63,463 nucleotides of DNA, filler included, from Ministeria vibrans ATCC 50519 (GCA_943704425.1; 6 parts of 6 records of this genome joined end to end with filler, not necessarily neighbours in it); one strand, 5' to 3'. Counted from the first letter of the whole stretch, positions 1 to 12,867 are shown. Notes: generated by a model not told the origin, from the letters alone. Numbers and translations are program-made.

Positions 1-59
1 TATTATTATAAAGGTAACACATTAATAAAATTGTTTTCTTTTTTGTGTGGTCTGTACAG

Positions 60-215
60 GTCACGTGCCCTCTGCCGCAGGCCAACTTCAGCATCTCAAA
101 GACCATCGATATCCCGGATAAGGTGCCGTCGGGCCACTACACGGGCGAGATCAAGGCAACCGATCAGACGGGCACTGAGATTTTGTGTCTGGACCTTGAC
201 CTTCACCTCAAGTAA
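60..215 (+). CDS. Last exon of an ML-domain (NPC2 / PG-PI transfer protein-like) lipid-binding protein
   Basis: After the AG acceptor at 58-59 it reads VTCPLPQANFSISKTIDIPDKVPSGHYTGEIKATDQTGTEILCLDLDLHLK*, matching the ML-domain C-terminal pattern CP...IP...PSG.Y......D..G.EI.C. Confidence 0.75.
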   Translation, partial: VTCPLPQANFSISKTIDIPDKVPSGHYTGEIKATDQTGTEILCLDLDLHLK

Positions 216-297
216 ACCAAACAGCATTCATTTTCTGTTTTTTCGTCGTGTGTAAGAGTGTATGAGAAAGAAAGGGGGAAAGGGGGCGTTGCATTGA

Positions 298-1890
298 CTA
301 CTTGCGCGAGACCAAAGGACGGGCTTTGGGGAACTTGACGGGCACTGGAAGAGTCGTGAAGCGCTCAGTGGTCTCGCCGCCATCGAGTTCGCGTGTCTTG
401 ATGGACGCGCCCAACGCACGAATGTACTTGGTCGCATCGCCACCACGCAGACGCAGGTCGCCCACGAGCGCTGCAAGATCGACAGCGAAGTCGCCGAGGG
501 CCAGGCCCAGCGCGAGCGCATGCAGACGCAGCTTGTCCTTGCTCGTCTGCGAGCAGATGTACGTTGTGCGCTCGCCGTCGCTGTACTCCTCGGCAAACCG
601 CTGCAAGAAGCTCTCCTACTCAAAAACAAAGAAAAACATAGGTGAGAGTGTGTGGGTGTGTGAGCCAAAACCAAACCCAAAAATAAAACCCAACCCCCCC
701 AAACGAGAATTCCTCACGCAACCCTCATCGTACCTTGACCAGTGCCGGCATACTCTGCCCCACATCTCCATCCACCAGCTCCTGAATCTTCCCATACGAC
801 CCAAACCGCAAAATGTGGCGCAAGTACCACAGCTGGTTGGCAAAGCGCGTCCGGGCAACGCCGCGGCGCATTCCCATGAGCTTGCTCTCACACAGCTGAA
901 GCACAAAACGCGGCTCGCGAATCTGTCCCGAGCGCCACTGCTCAATCTGCTCCCGCCCAATGTTCATCAACATGTGTGTTCCACTCGCACTTGCTTCCTC
1001 CGGCGGGGCAACTACACACAAAACATCTCTTAGTGCATCTTTTTTACGTGCGTATGAGTGAGAGCATGTGTTACGTTCGTCGAGACAGTACACTTCGGCG
1101 GGCGATCGGCCCTCTGGGTGGTGTGGCGGCATAGGCATCAGCTCACTGTCCACCTTGACCACATCCGTCCACACGGGCACCTCCGCCGCACGAGATGATG
1201 CCATTCTAAAGCAAAAGAAAAATACACACTCAGTGCATCTAGATACAAGTCGCGCACGCACTCTCTCTTTCTCTCTCCTTACGACATTGCTGCATCGACT
1301 GGTTTCAGCATGCCTGATGTCAGTCGGTTGCGTTTCTTAGACGCCATTGCATCTTGATCGCGTCTCGAGCCAAACGTGTCCACAAGCGCACTGGTGGCCG
1401 CTTCGCTCTTTGCCTCAAGCGCTCCTTCCTCCTCGAGGCGTCTCTTCTTCGTCTTGAACTGTTGCTCTACATTATCAAGACAAACAAAGACCACGCAGGC
1501 GTAAAACACCACTGCTGCTGTGCTCTTGGGGCGTACCAACATGGAATACAGTCGCGGGAAACACCGTCACTGTTCCTTTGCTTCTTCTGCACACGCCAAA
1601 CATGAACCTTGAAAAACGATTCCCCCCCCCACCACCAACGTTTAGTCGCGCCTCCTGTCGCTCGCGAGTGCGCACTGCCTTACTGTAGGTCGTCGTCGAC
1701 TCGGGAGCGCCCCACATAGTCCACATGCTGGCTCTGGTGCAGCAGAGCGGGCGCACCCGCCGAATCCAGACAGCGCGTGTAGTCGCCGTGCGCATCGCCC
1801 GCCGCCGGCAGTCGGCAGAGCGCGTGCACGCCATCCTGGTGCGTGCTTATCCTCAGCGTCACCTTGGCGGGCGCCTCTGCAGCACCAGAC
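298..1890 (-). CDS. RPA49: RNA polymerase I subunit A49 (RPA49/POLR1E), multi-exon; 5' end approximate
   Basis: Exons encode LLHQSQHVDYVG, FGVCRRSKGTVTVFPATVF, ALVDTFGSRRDQDAMASKKRN, PPHHPEGRSPAEVY and SKDKLRLHALALGLALGDFAVDLAALVGDLRL...LPVPVKFPK, colinear with the A49 family. Confidence 0.8.
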
Positions 1891-2402
1891 GCGTCGTTGC
1901 TATGAGAGAGAGAAAGAGAGAGAGAAGAGAGAGAGGAGAGAGAAAGTCGTTTCGAGTGTGCGAAATCAGTCTGGGAAAAATCCGTCTTTTATCGCCTAGG
2001 AGTGACTTACTGAGTTCGAGGCATGTGTGTGTGATATGGAGTAAAAAAAGAAGAAGAAAAGATTGTCATTTGAGTTTTGACTTTTGAGTTTTGACGAATA
2101 AAGTATTTTCATAAAAATAATTATTATTATTATTATTATGATTTATGGCTGGCCTATTGTAGACTGTAGTACGAATAAGTACGTGTAACGTGCGTGGCTC
2201 GGATTGTTGAAAGTGGATTATGATACTCTCACAAATGTGCGTGTGTGTGCAAAATAACACTGAACAAAACCATAATAATTAGCTTACATGATAAGGGTAG
2301 ATGTAAATTGTAAGAACTGTAATTATTATTATAATGATTATATTATTATTATTATTGAGTCTCAATTAATTTTAATTTTCTTATTTATATCTTTATTGTT
2401 GC

Positions 2403-4371
2403 TCAAATGACCAAACGATCTTGCTCTGTCACCTGCGTTGCCTCTCTGGCCAAATCACGCTGTGCGCTCTCGTGGCACTTCCGCTTGCACTCCATCAGTG
2501 CCCTACAAATCAAATCGCATTCATTCCTTCCCACTCTAAAAGTTGCTTTCGCCATACTGAAGATCAGTGAACAATCGCAATTGTCTCAAATTGGTCTCAT
2601 GCGACTCTCTCAGTGCCTTTAGCTCATCTTTCAGCTACACAATTCACAAACAACAACACAAAAATCAAGCTTAATTTCACAAACTTCCGCAAAGGAATGA
2701 CAAATTCATTACAAATTCAACTCACCTGACGACTGAGATTTTCTTGCTCCTGAATCTTCTTTGTGTATGCATCGCGATGCGACTTCTTCTTGGTCTCCGC
2801 CACCATATCGGCGTTTTGGACGTACGTGCGCGTCTCCTCACTCGCTCGCGCCAAACTACATTCACCGCAGATTACACACACATACACCATGAGTTCACTC
2901 CAATCGCACTTCCGCGCCCTTACTTGACATCCACAATGTGAATGAGTGCGCGCAGCTCATGATAGCGTGTTTCGTTGCGACGCACATCCGTCTTGAGCGT
3001 CTCCAGCTCATCCCCTACCGCCGTGCGGTTCCCATCCAATGCCCTCGCCAGTGCCTCGTACTGTCCCTTCTTCTCGGTGTGCTCCGCTTCAATTTCTTGG
3101 GCCTCGGCGCGCAGTCGTCGCAGATCCTTAATCACCGGGGCCAGCTCTGTCTTCTTACTGCTTATTGAGTGTGTCAGCTGCTTCACCATCTCACTCATCT
3201 CGGCCAGCGTCTCCCCTTTGCGATCGTCCACCTCACTCTTGAGAGCAGACACCTTTTCCAGCTCCTCCTGTGCCTCCGCATACCCCTTCACTCCGCGTTT
3301 CTCCGCCAATGACTCCAGTGCTGCACCAGCCGCCGCTTCCTGTCGCTCCAACACCGCCACAGTGCGCTCCAACACCCCACTTTCCCCCTCGCACCTCGGC
3401 CAGCTGTGCCTTTTTCTCCTTGTACTCACTGCTTTTTCCACGCAACGCCAACACATACTCTTTAAATTCATCCGCGCGCAACACCCGCTCTTTCGCCCCA
3501 CTTCCATTCCCTCCTTCTTCGCCCTCGCTTCGCTCCTTCAGCTCCTTTTCGCTCTAAATCAGTGATGAGTGTCAGGGGCCCGATTGATCTTATGTGGCAT
3601 TAATCTGAGTCATTAAAGTCTCATGAGCACTAGGCTATAGCCAGTACTCCTGGGTCTACTTTTTGCTACTTTGAACTTTCTACTCTTCCTACCGCAGAGA
3701 GCTCCTCCTGTGCTCTTCGCAGTGTCTCCGCAGCCGCCTCTTTCTTGCGTCCAATCAGTGTCGCCTGCTGTCGGAATATGGCCAGCTTGTCATGCGCCGG
3801 ATTCAACTGTGCGTTGCGCCGCTCCAAAAGCGCATTCAGATCAGTCGTGAGCTCACGCACTGACTGTTGCAGTGCCGTCAGCTCTGCTTCGCTCACAGGC
3901 GGCTCATCTAAAATTCGCTGCAGCTCATTGCATCGCTTCTTCTTCTCTCCAATATCTAGTACACAAGTAAAAGTAATCAGTATCACGAATGATAATTATT
4001 ATTATCATGTCTTCTTCTTCTAATATTATTGAGCCCTTTTTTTCATCTCTCACCCTTTGGTAGTTTGTCCGTAAGCAAATAGCGATTCAACTTTGCCTCC
4101 TCCTCCAGCTGCCTCAGCAATTTCTCCGCACCGCCCGCCCCCGTCGCCTCTCGCAGGTCTCTCAGCTGCGCCTCCGTCTGTCTCAACCGCTGTTCCGCTC
4201 CCAACAGCTGCTGCTTCTGACTGTGCAGTCCTTCGTGCAAATGCGCTGCGCGATCCCGTTCTGTCCTCAGTGCTCGCGCCGCATCCACCCACTTGTCCCG
4301 TTGCGGAAACGATTCAATCTACAAACAGCATTCACATGATTGATATTATTAATCATTGTTCATCATAAAAA

Positions 4372-4457
<86 letters not shown>

Positions 4458-5550
4458 NNNNNNNNNNNNNNNNNNNNNNNNNNNNNNNNNNNNNNNNNNN
4501 NNNNNNNNNNNNNNNNNNNNNNNNNNNNNNNNNNNNNNNNNNNNNNNNNNNNNNNNNNNNNNNNNNNNNNNNNNNNNNNNNNNNNNNNNNNNNNNNNNNN
4601 NNNNNNNNNNNNNNNNNNNNNNNNNNNNNNNNNNNNNNNNNNNNNNNNNNNNNNNNNNNNNNNNNNNNNNNNNNNNNNNNNNNNNNNNNNNNNNNNNNNN
4701 NNNNNNNNNNNNNNNNNNNNNNNNNNNNNNNNNNNNNNNNNNNNNNNNNNNNNNNNNNNNNNNNNNNNNNNNNNNNNNNNNNNNNNNNNNNNNNNNNNNN
4801 NNNNNNNNNNNNNNNNNNNNNNNNNNNNNNNNNNNNNNNNNNNNNNNNNNNNNNNNNNNNNNNNNNNNNNNNNNNNNNNNNNNNNNNNNNNNNNNNNNNN
4901 NNNNNNNNNNNNNNNNNNNNNNNNNNNNNNGTAGTAGAAAAATTCATAACCAGATGCACTATTAATTATGCATTATCATTATGTTACTGACAGATGCAAA
5001 GCGCAAGAAGAAAGACGCCATAAAAAATCAAACACAAAGAGACGAGAACAAGATGTACACACCAAATCCAAAGGAGGTAAAAAGAACAGAACTTTTGATG
5101 TTGATTGATTTGGTTGCCAACGAAACGAAAGGAAAACCGTATCTCAAAAAAGAGCCGCAGCAGCGCTCTTTTAGATGAATATCAAAGAGGAGTGGGAAAG
5201 CCGCATTTACGGCAAGATGTAGGGGTCTACTTTCAAGCGCGACGCGACACAGGGCTCAGTTTTTGGAAAACACCAAAGTCTTTTTTCAAACGTTGAGTTT
5301 TGCCATTTACCTGAGGCGAAAGTTCGGCAAAGACATCGGTAAGAAGCTGAAGAAGACTCAATGGATGAGCGCAGTACTGGTCGAAGCTCACGAGGGAAAT
5401 GTTCTTGTTGAACGGTGGTGAGTTGAGACCGTCGACAATCGCTTTGGCCTATATTATCAAACATGAACAGGTAAATGGCGTGTCGACGGGCAGACGAGTG
5501 GCGTGAGAGGGTTCTTGTTCATAATGCAATCTTCGTACGTCACTTGACAT
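2403..5550 (-). CDS. IFT81: Intraflagellar transport protein 81, multi-exon, spans an N gap; apparent 1-nt frameshift near 3385
   Basis: N-terminus MSSD|AKAIVDGLNSPPFNKNISLVSFD..LLQLLTDVFAELSPQ; middle DEFKEYVLALRGKSSEYKEKK and GYAEAQEELEKVSALKSEVDDRKGETLAEMSEMVKQL; C-terminus LMECKRKC...QDRLVI*. Confidence 0.92.
4374..4457. repeat. (AAT)n microsatellite running into an assembly gap; similar (AAT)n, (AG)n and (AC)n tracts occur in many introns of the window
   Basis: Direct observation. Confidence 0.95.
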
Positions 5551-5706
5551 TTTGTTGACTCTTGACAGAAAGATTGATTTTTGTTTTTGTTTTTTGACTT
5601 TTGACTTTTGTTTTTTGATTGATCTCAGAGTTGACTTGATGAACTTTGAACTTTGAGAGCAGTAGTCACAACTAAAATTTTTCATAATTTTTTTACTCTT
5701 TAGAAC

Positions 5707-7530
5707 ATGCTAAGAAAAAACAGGCCTCAGGCACAAACACCGGTGACAAAAGATGGTGCAAGCTCGCAATCGGTGTACAGTCGTCGGTTCAACGCACTGA
5801 CCGAATCGCACGGCGAAGTCGAAGCGGGCTCTGACGCCCGCCGGAGATGCATCAGGAGCTACGGCTCGCCCGAGTTTGGCTACGCCGAATGCATCAATGG
5901 CGGAAAGTCGCAGTTCAACGAAGATCAAGTAGGAAAACTGAGAGATTGAATGGAGTTTACCGAAAAAAAGAAAAGGGCAGTCGCTGCGATCCTGCGCGCC
6001 TTGTCTCTGCCGCTGCTTGCACGGCTCCCTATGCATACACACGCCTTGAAACCAACGAGATGTGGCTTGCGGTTGGGGGTTTCTTCTGCTTTCCCTTCTG
6101 TTTCTGCTGACGACACCCGCACATCCCACATCGGGGGAATCAGGACGGCTCGCCGAGCGCCGCGCATGCCCGTCGTGGATGTATTATGGGACTGTGTGCG
6201 TTGTGGCTGGCATGAGGGGCGCTCGATGTGCACCGTTTTCTCTATCGCTGTGCACAAACGTGAACTACGACACAAGTCACCCCTTTTTTGTCTCTCTCTC
6301 TCTATCACTTTGTTTCTCTCTCTCGCTCGCTCGCTCGCTCATCGTTGCACGTCTGTAGGTCGCTGCTGCTGCATGGACACGCGCATCCGACGGCGCCCAC
6401 TGTGCCATGTACGGCGTGTTTGATGGACACAATGGCTGGGATGCGGCGGTGGTCGCGTCCAGGACTCTCCCCGAGTGTGTTGAGGCGCGACTGAACACGC
6501 GAGATGCAGTGGTGGCAGTGTCGAAGCAGGGCGACGACGAGCGTTTTCAGAGTGGCGCTGCGGACAATGACGATGATGTCGAGGACAACCTGTTGCGTGC
6601 AGCGTTTCACGACACGGATGAGAGCCTGCGCAATGCCAACGTGCGTGCCGGCTCGACTGCACTGGCTGCCGTTCTGCTGCCAGGCGCCAGTGGCAGTATC
6701 CGCGTCGCTGTGGCCAATGCCGGTGACTGTAGAGCGGTTCTGGCACGCAACGGGGTTGCAGAAGTGCTGTCGGTGGACCACACACCCTTCCATGACCGTC
6801 AGCGCATGCAACATCTCATCCTGAGCAACCCACAACTGATTGGCCCGCACTTTCGCCGTCGGATATTCCTCAACAGTGTCAACGAGGCCTCTGTCGGAAC
6901 TGAGGTTGCAGCACTTGACGCCTGGTCAGAGTTGCCTCTCTTGGAAACAGTGAGTGCATCAGACATCAAGCTGACTCCGTTTATTGTGGGCGAAGGGAAA
7001 AGCGCAAAATTAATGGCTCGGTATGCATTACGAAGAAATTGTGTGTGTGTGCGCCTGTGTGATTAACACTCTTTGCCGCTTTTTCCTTTTCTGTCAATTT
7101 GTTCGGTCCTCATCTTTTTTTTTCCACTTTATACTTTCTCCCTTCTTTCTCTCTCTTTTTCTCTCTCTATGTATGTGTGTGCAATTGCAGACTGGGATGT
7201 GTGCGTGGGTTTGGGGACTTCCGCATCAGCACACTGCAAGCACCCGCCGTGCCACTCAAGCCACTCCTCAGCTGCGCACCGGATATTGTCCGTACGACAG
7301 TCAGCGCAAAGGATGTTGCGTCGTCCTTGCTCATTCTCGGTAGCGATGGTTTCTGGGATGTTTGTACCAACCAGTGTGCCGTTGACGAGGCAACGGCCTC
7401 CCTTGAGGCCGCTCCCAACGACTACCAGAGTGCCGCCCAGCGTCTCTGTCTACTCGCCCGCGACGCTCCTTCCGGCGACGACATTTCTGTTTTTGTCTGT
7501 TCCCTTGTCATTCCCACTGACATCAAGTAA
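5707..7530 (+). CDS. PPM1H: PP2C/PPM phosphatase of the PPM1H/J/M subfamily, multi-exon
   Basis: GYAECINGGKSQFNEDQ, YGVFDGHNG, VANAGDCRAV, flap insert ending LTPFIVGEGKSAKLMA, RGFGDF, LILGSDGFWDV, SGDDISV. Confidence 0.85.
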
Positions 7531-9054
7531 CTCCATCTCTCTTCATTCAAGCACCAGTTCTCTTGTCCCTCTCTTTTGTATGATACAGACAGACCTACAG
7601 TCATAATTATATTCAAAGCACGAATTGTGGCAAGTCTTTTGTAATAATAATTTGTGCTCGTTTGTGATTGATAATCAATTGGAAATGTCTTCTTCTTCTA
7701 ATAATAATAATTTGTGATTTCATTACTTCAGTTAGAACTCTAGTGAGAGTGAAACTGATAGGCGATAGCTGTAATTGTGGTTGATGTGATACTCTCAATA
7801 GGGCAGCAGTCGTTCCCTCATAGAAGCAACAGACCTTGAACACATCAAAAGGAGGAAGGAAGGGAAATGAACCAAGGAGGGTAGGGGTCCCGACTCTCGC
7901 CCGAATGTTGACTGTCGACTGACAACTGTTTGTTCTCAAGGCCCAAGTGCAGGACTTGCTGATCTGTTGTATAAGTGATTTAACTGTATTACACGACATG
8001 TACCTTACTTTGAAAGTAATTATTGTTTGTTTGCTTATATAAATTGATCCGTCTAATTATGCAATCTATGTACAATAGTGCCTGTTTCAGCCGACACTCG
8101 ATATATAGTTACTTCTTACTCGCAAATAGTCATTGTTATTGTGGTGAGTCTGGTCGGATAATAATAATAATTATTATCACATACACATATATAACATAAA
8201 AGAGAGACGTTTCTCTTTTGAGAAAAGGCTTAGGCGAAGACTTACTTCGATTGAACAATTTTCCATGAACAAAATATCCTCATCCCACGCTTGGGGTCGC
8301 ATTGCAGGTTCTATTCCTGCTTATGCACCCCAAGTGCAAGTCTTGCTGCTGTCCTTCTCTCCTCTCTTTCCTTTTTTTTTTCCATCTTTAGTCTTTCCGC
8401 TATAATTAGCCCATAACAATCTGCATTCACGCCAGTCGATACTCAATAAACCTAGCAACCAGACACCACTCACACCAGTAGTCCAGTACTGACCCTTTTG
8501 ATCAGAGTGCCAGAGAGAAGAATTCAAGTCACATCACACATATATATACCATAAAGAGCGACAGCGCCTGTTTGAGAAAAGGCTTGGGCAAAGACTTACT
8601 TCGAAACTTTTCCCAACGTAAAAACTCCTGTGATCGGGGACGCATGTGACGACGCAGGTTGTATCCTGCGTTATAACGTGCTCCCCATTACCAACCAAGT
8701 CTTGCTGCTGTCCTTCTCTCCTCCTCTTTTTTTTTTTTGTTTTTTTTTTTGTTTTTTTTTTGGTAAATGAATGAAAATAAGGACCATCAGCTAAGTAATA
8801 GCAGCACCATGCATCTGTCTGTCTGTCTGAGTGATGCATGACGCATGTGCCGCCATGGCCCATGTGGATTGTGGAAGCACGACACATGTTTAGAACATGT
8901 ACAAAATATGTACAGATATCTATATGAATGTACACTGTATCGTTACAATCATGAGGACTCAACTGTATTCTCAACTCTCAAGACAACACTCTATTTACTA
9001 TTAACTCATCAATCACAGCAAATACCATACCACACACCAGTGACACCACAATCG

Positions 9055-11460
9055 ATGGACGGACAGGGATCTAAGGCGCACACGCTTGACGAACAGAAGA
9101 GAAAGCGGAAAAGTGTGACAATCGAAGAGTCTCTGGAAGACTCGCCTGCGCCTGCGCCAAAGCGGGTGAAGGAAGATCAAGCCGAAGCGAATCTGGTCGT
9201 GGACACGACACGTACATTTCAAGATGCGAATCGTTCGTTTTCATTATTGATTTTCCTCTTGTACTTTTGACATGTAGAAACCATTGAATCGCTCGTTGCT
9301 ACGTTGTACAACGGTAAAGCTGGATTCGAGAAAAAGGAGGACGCTGTAGGTGTGTTAGGGAGCCTTGCCAAGGAGGATGACAACAAGAGAGCGGCGATTG
9401 CACGCGCAGGCGCAATTCAGCCGATTGTTGCGCTCCTTTTCGTTGGAACTGACAGCGCAAAAGAGAAGGCGGCGGAGACGCTGAGGATTGTGGCCCGCAA
9501 CGACGACAACCAAGTGGCCATTGCACGCGCAGGTGCAATTGAACCGATGATTGCTGTGTTGCGCAATGGAACTGACAGCGCCAAGGAGAAGGCGGCCGGT
9601 GCACTGTGGAACCTGGCTGTCAACGACGACAACCAAGTGGCCATTGCACGCGCAGGTGCAATTGAACCGTTGATCACTGTGCTGCGCAGTGGAACCGAGT
9701 GTGTCAAGAAAAACGCGGCGGGAGCGCTGAAGAACCTGGCTATCAACGACGACAACCAAGTGGCCATTGTACGCGCAGGTGCAATTGAACCGCTGATCGC
9801 TGTGTTGCGCAGTGGAACCGAGTGTGCCAAGAAGAACGCGGCGGGTGCGCTGTCTAACCTGGCGGGCAACGACAAAAAAGTGACCACTGCATGCGCAGGT
9901 GCAATTGAACCGCTGATTGCTGTGTTGCGCAGTGGAACCGACAGCGTCAAAGAGAAGGCGGCCGGTGCACTGCGGAACCTGGCCAACAACGACGACAACC
10001 AAGTGACCATTGCACGCGCAGGAGCAATTGAACCGCTGATTGCTGTGTTGCGCAGTGGAACCGACAACGCCAAGAAGAACGCGGCGGGTGCGCTGTCCAA
10101 CCTGGCTGTCAACGACGACAACGAAGTGGCCATTGTACGCGCAGGTGCAATTGAACCGCTGATCGCTGTGTTGCGCAGTGGAACCGAGTGTGCCAAGAAG
10201 TACGCGGCGAGTGCACTGTCTAACCTGGCGGGTAACGACGACATCCAAGTGGCCATTACACGCGCAGGTGCAATTGATCCGCTGCTTGCTGTGTTGCGCA
10301 GCGGAACCAACAGTGCCAAGCAGGAGGCAGCAAGTGCGCTGTTCAACCTGGCCAGCAACGACGACAATGAAGTGGCCATTGCACGCGCAGGTGCGATTGA
10401 ACCGCTGATTGCTGTGTTGCGCAGTGGAACCGACTGTGCCAAGGCGAGCGCGGCGGGTGCGCTGTCCAACCTGGCTTACAACGACGACAACAAAGTGGCC
10501 ATTACATGCGCAGGAGCAATTGAACCGCTGATTGCTGTGTTACGCAGTGGAACCGAGTGTGCCAAGGAGAAGGCGGCCGGTGCACTGCGGAACCTGGCCA
10601 ACAACGACGACAACCAAGTGGCCATTGCACGCGCAGGAGCAATTGAACCGCTGATTACTGTGTTGCGCAGTGGAACCGACAGCGCCCAAGAGTACGCCGC
10701 GAGTGCGCTGTCCAATCTGGCTCACAGCGACGACAATCAAATGGCCATTGTACGCGCAGGTGCAACTGAACCGCTGATTGCTGTGTTGCGCAGTGGAACC
10801 GACAGCGCCAAGGAGAAGGCGGCCGGTGCACTGCGGAACCTGGCCGACAACGACGACAACCAAGTGACCATTGCACGCGCAGGAGCAATTGAACCGCTGA
10901 TTGCTGTGTTGCGCAGTGGAACGGACAACGCCAAGAGGAACGCGGCGGGTGCGCTAGCCAATCTGGCGGGCAATGACGACAACCAAGTGGCGATTGCGCG
11001 CGCAGGTGCAATTGAACCGCTGATTGCTGTGTTGCGCAATGGAACCGACAGCGCCAAGGAGATGGCCGCCGGTGCGCTGGCCAACCTGGCGGGCAATGAC
11101 GACAATGAAGTGACCATTGCATGTGCAGGTGCAATTGAACCGCTGATCGCTGCGTTGCGCAGTGGAACCGACAGCGCCAAGGAGTACGCCGCGGGTGCGC
11201 TATCCAACCTGGCTATCAGCGACGACGCCCAAGTGACCATCGCACGCTCAGGTGCGATTGAGGCAGCGGTGGCTCTTCTGAACAGTGAGAGTGCACCCGA
11301 TCAGTCAAAAGAGACCATTGTGCGGCTCTTACTTCGATTGTCAAATGGCAATGGTATCAACAAGTCGGCCATCCAACAGAGTGGTGCCCTGGCCGCTCTG
11401 ACCAACATGGCTATTGCAGGGTCCGCGTTAGCCAAGGAAGCTGTCATTCGTCTTCTTTGA
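9055..11460 (+). CDS. Armadillo-repeat protein with about 15-17 near-identical 41-aa (123-bp) repeats; short first exon with basic NLS-like motifs
   Basis: Exon 1 9055-9211, GT..AG intron, then a long exon with repeats NDDNQVAIARAGAIEPLIAVLRSGTDSAKEKAAGALxNLAx. Confidence 0.9.
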
Positions 11461-11856
11461 TTCGAAATCGCCTGAGAGAACAGTATCTTTTATCATTCGG
11501 ATTGAGTATATGTATTATAATACAACAGAGAGTAATGGTATTTTCAATGCACTCAAATAAAGAACAACCTTTGTCCTGAACGAGACAACGAATTCATCCT
11601 GACGTGCGACACCAAGGAAACACAACAGTGCCCTCTTGGCTATGATGTGTGCTTTGCTGAATGCGTATAGAACGGAAGTTCGGATCATTCTTGTCTTATT
11701 ACTTGTACATTACTTGCTTAAGTACTTGCCTGTGTCTTCTGAGTCTTCAGGAATGTCAGGATGTATCCATAGTGGATCGAGCATTCAGCAGGATGGAGTC
11801 CATCATGGGACATGGATCGGGGGAATCTCGATGGATTATAGATTCCATATGGATTT

Positions 11857-12867
11857 CAGTGAGGAAGGGTAACGTTACTTAGGCGTTACTAGTAACGTTA
11901 CTAGTAACGGTAACGGTAATGTAACGGTAATGGTAATGGATCAGCCGAAATCGTTACCAAATCGTTACTTTTTTTTCTTTCGTTACTACTGGTGTTTCTG
12001 TGCTTGCTAGCCGTCATGGTGAAGGCCAGAGACCTCTACAAGCTCATTAAAGTGGACAATGAAGATCGGTGGAAATGCCAAGTTTGCGTTGCACTTGAAA
12101 AAAATGATGTGAAGACGTACAAGAACGGCAGTAGCACCAAGTCGCTGTTGGCCCACAACAGAAGCCATGCAGAGGCGGCTGATGCGGAAGAGGCGTGCGA
12201 AAAATGTCCTCTTTTCAAGGCATGGTGCGTTGAGAACGTCGACAAACGCCAGTCGCTCGCCGCGAGCCAAGCCGTGACAGCACCTGCAGCGAGAGCTCCT
12301 GCATCAGCCGCATCATCTACATCCCTTGTCACGTCCGCGAGCCGCGCCATCACCAGGTTCGCCGGCTTCGACGCCATGAAGCTGAGTGCGTTCGGCGGTC
12401 CTCTTTACCACCGAGACTTCCTCACCTTCTGCAACAACATCATCGACTTGCGCCCGCTTTCCACTACCACGTCCACCGGCGCGAAAGCGTACCAGGATTA
12501 TTTGGCGATGCAGCGCCAGGCCGTCCCGACACCCGACTCGGCGCGCCGTCTAATCGACAGACTCTACACGAAACACCTCGACATTGCCAAACGAGAACTC
12601 GCGCAACTACCCCATTGTAAGAACACCTTCTTATGCGTGCAAGATTCTACCTCGGTGATTTCGTTCAGGCTCTGTATCTGTCGTGTTCGACGCGTGGACA
12701 AACAAGAGGTTGGACAAATTCCTCAACATGACCATCGCGTACGCCTCTGGATTCTTCGAGGTTGAGCGACGCTCCCTCGGCACATTCTCAGCTCCCGAGC
12801 GACACACGGTATGAAATGGTATCTGTGGTTTAGTTGATAACAACGTTTCTTTTTGTAGGCTGAAGGA
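11857..12867 (+). mobile_element. hAT-superfamily DNA transposon, left end plus 5' part of an intron-containing transposase; truncated by the contig end
   Basis: CAGTG start followed by dense GTAAC/GTTAC subterminal repeats (11869-11987); BED finger WKCQVC...STKSLLAHNRSH; spliced catalytic strand SVVFDAWTNK...PERHT|AE. Confidence 0.8.

Noticed and set aside
4340-4990. Long ORFs made of poly-N/I/L/X (also those spanning the gaps at 20.2, 21.8 and 58.5 kb)
   Set aside because: Microsatellite and N-gap artefacts
9355-11240. Long antisense ORFs over the ARM repeats
   Set aside because: Shadow ORFs of a repetitive GC-rich coding strand
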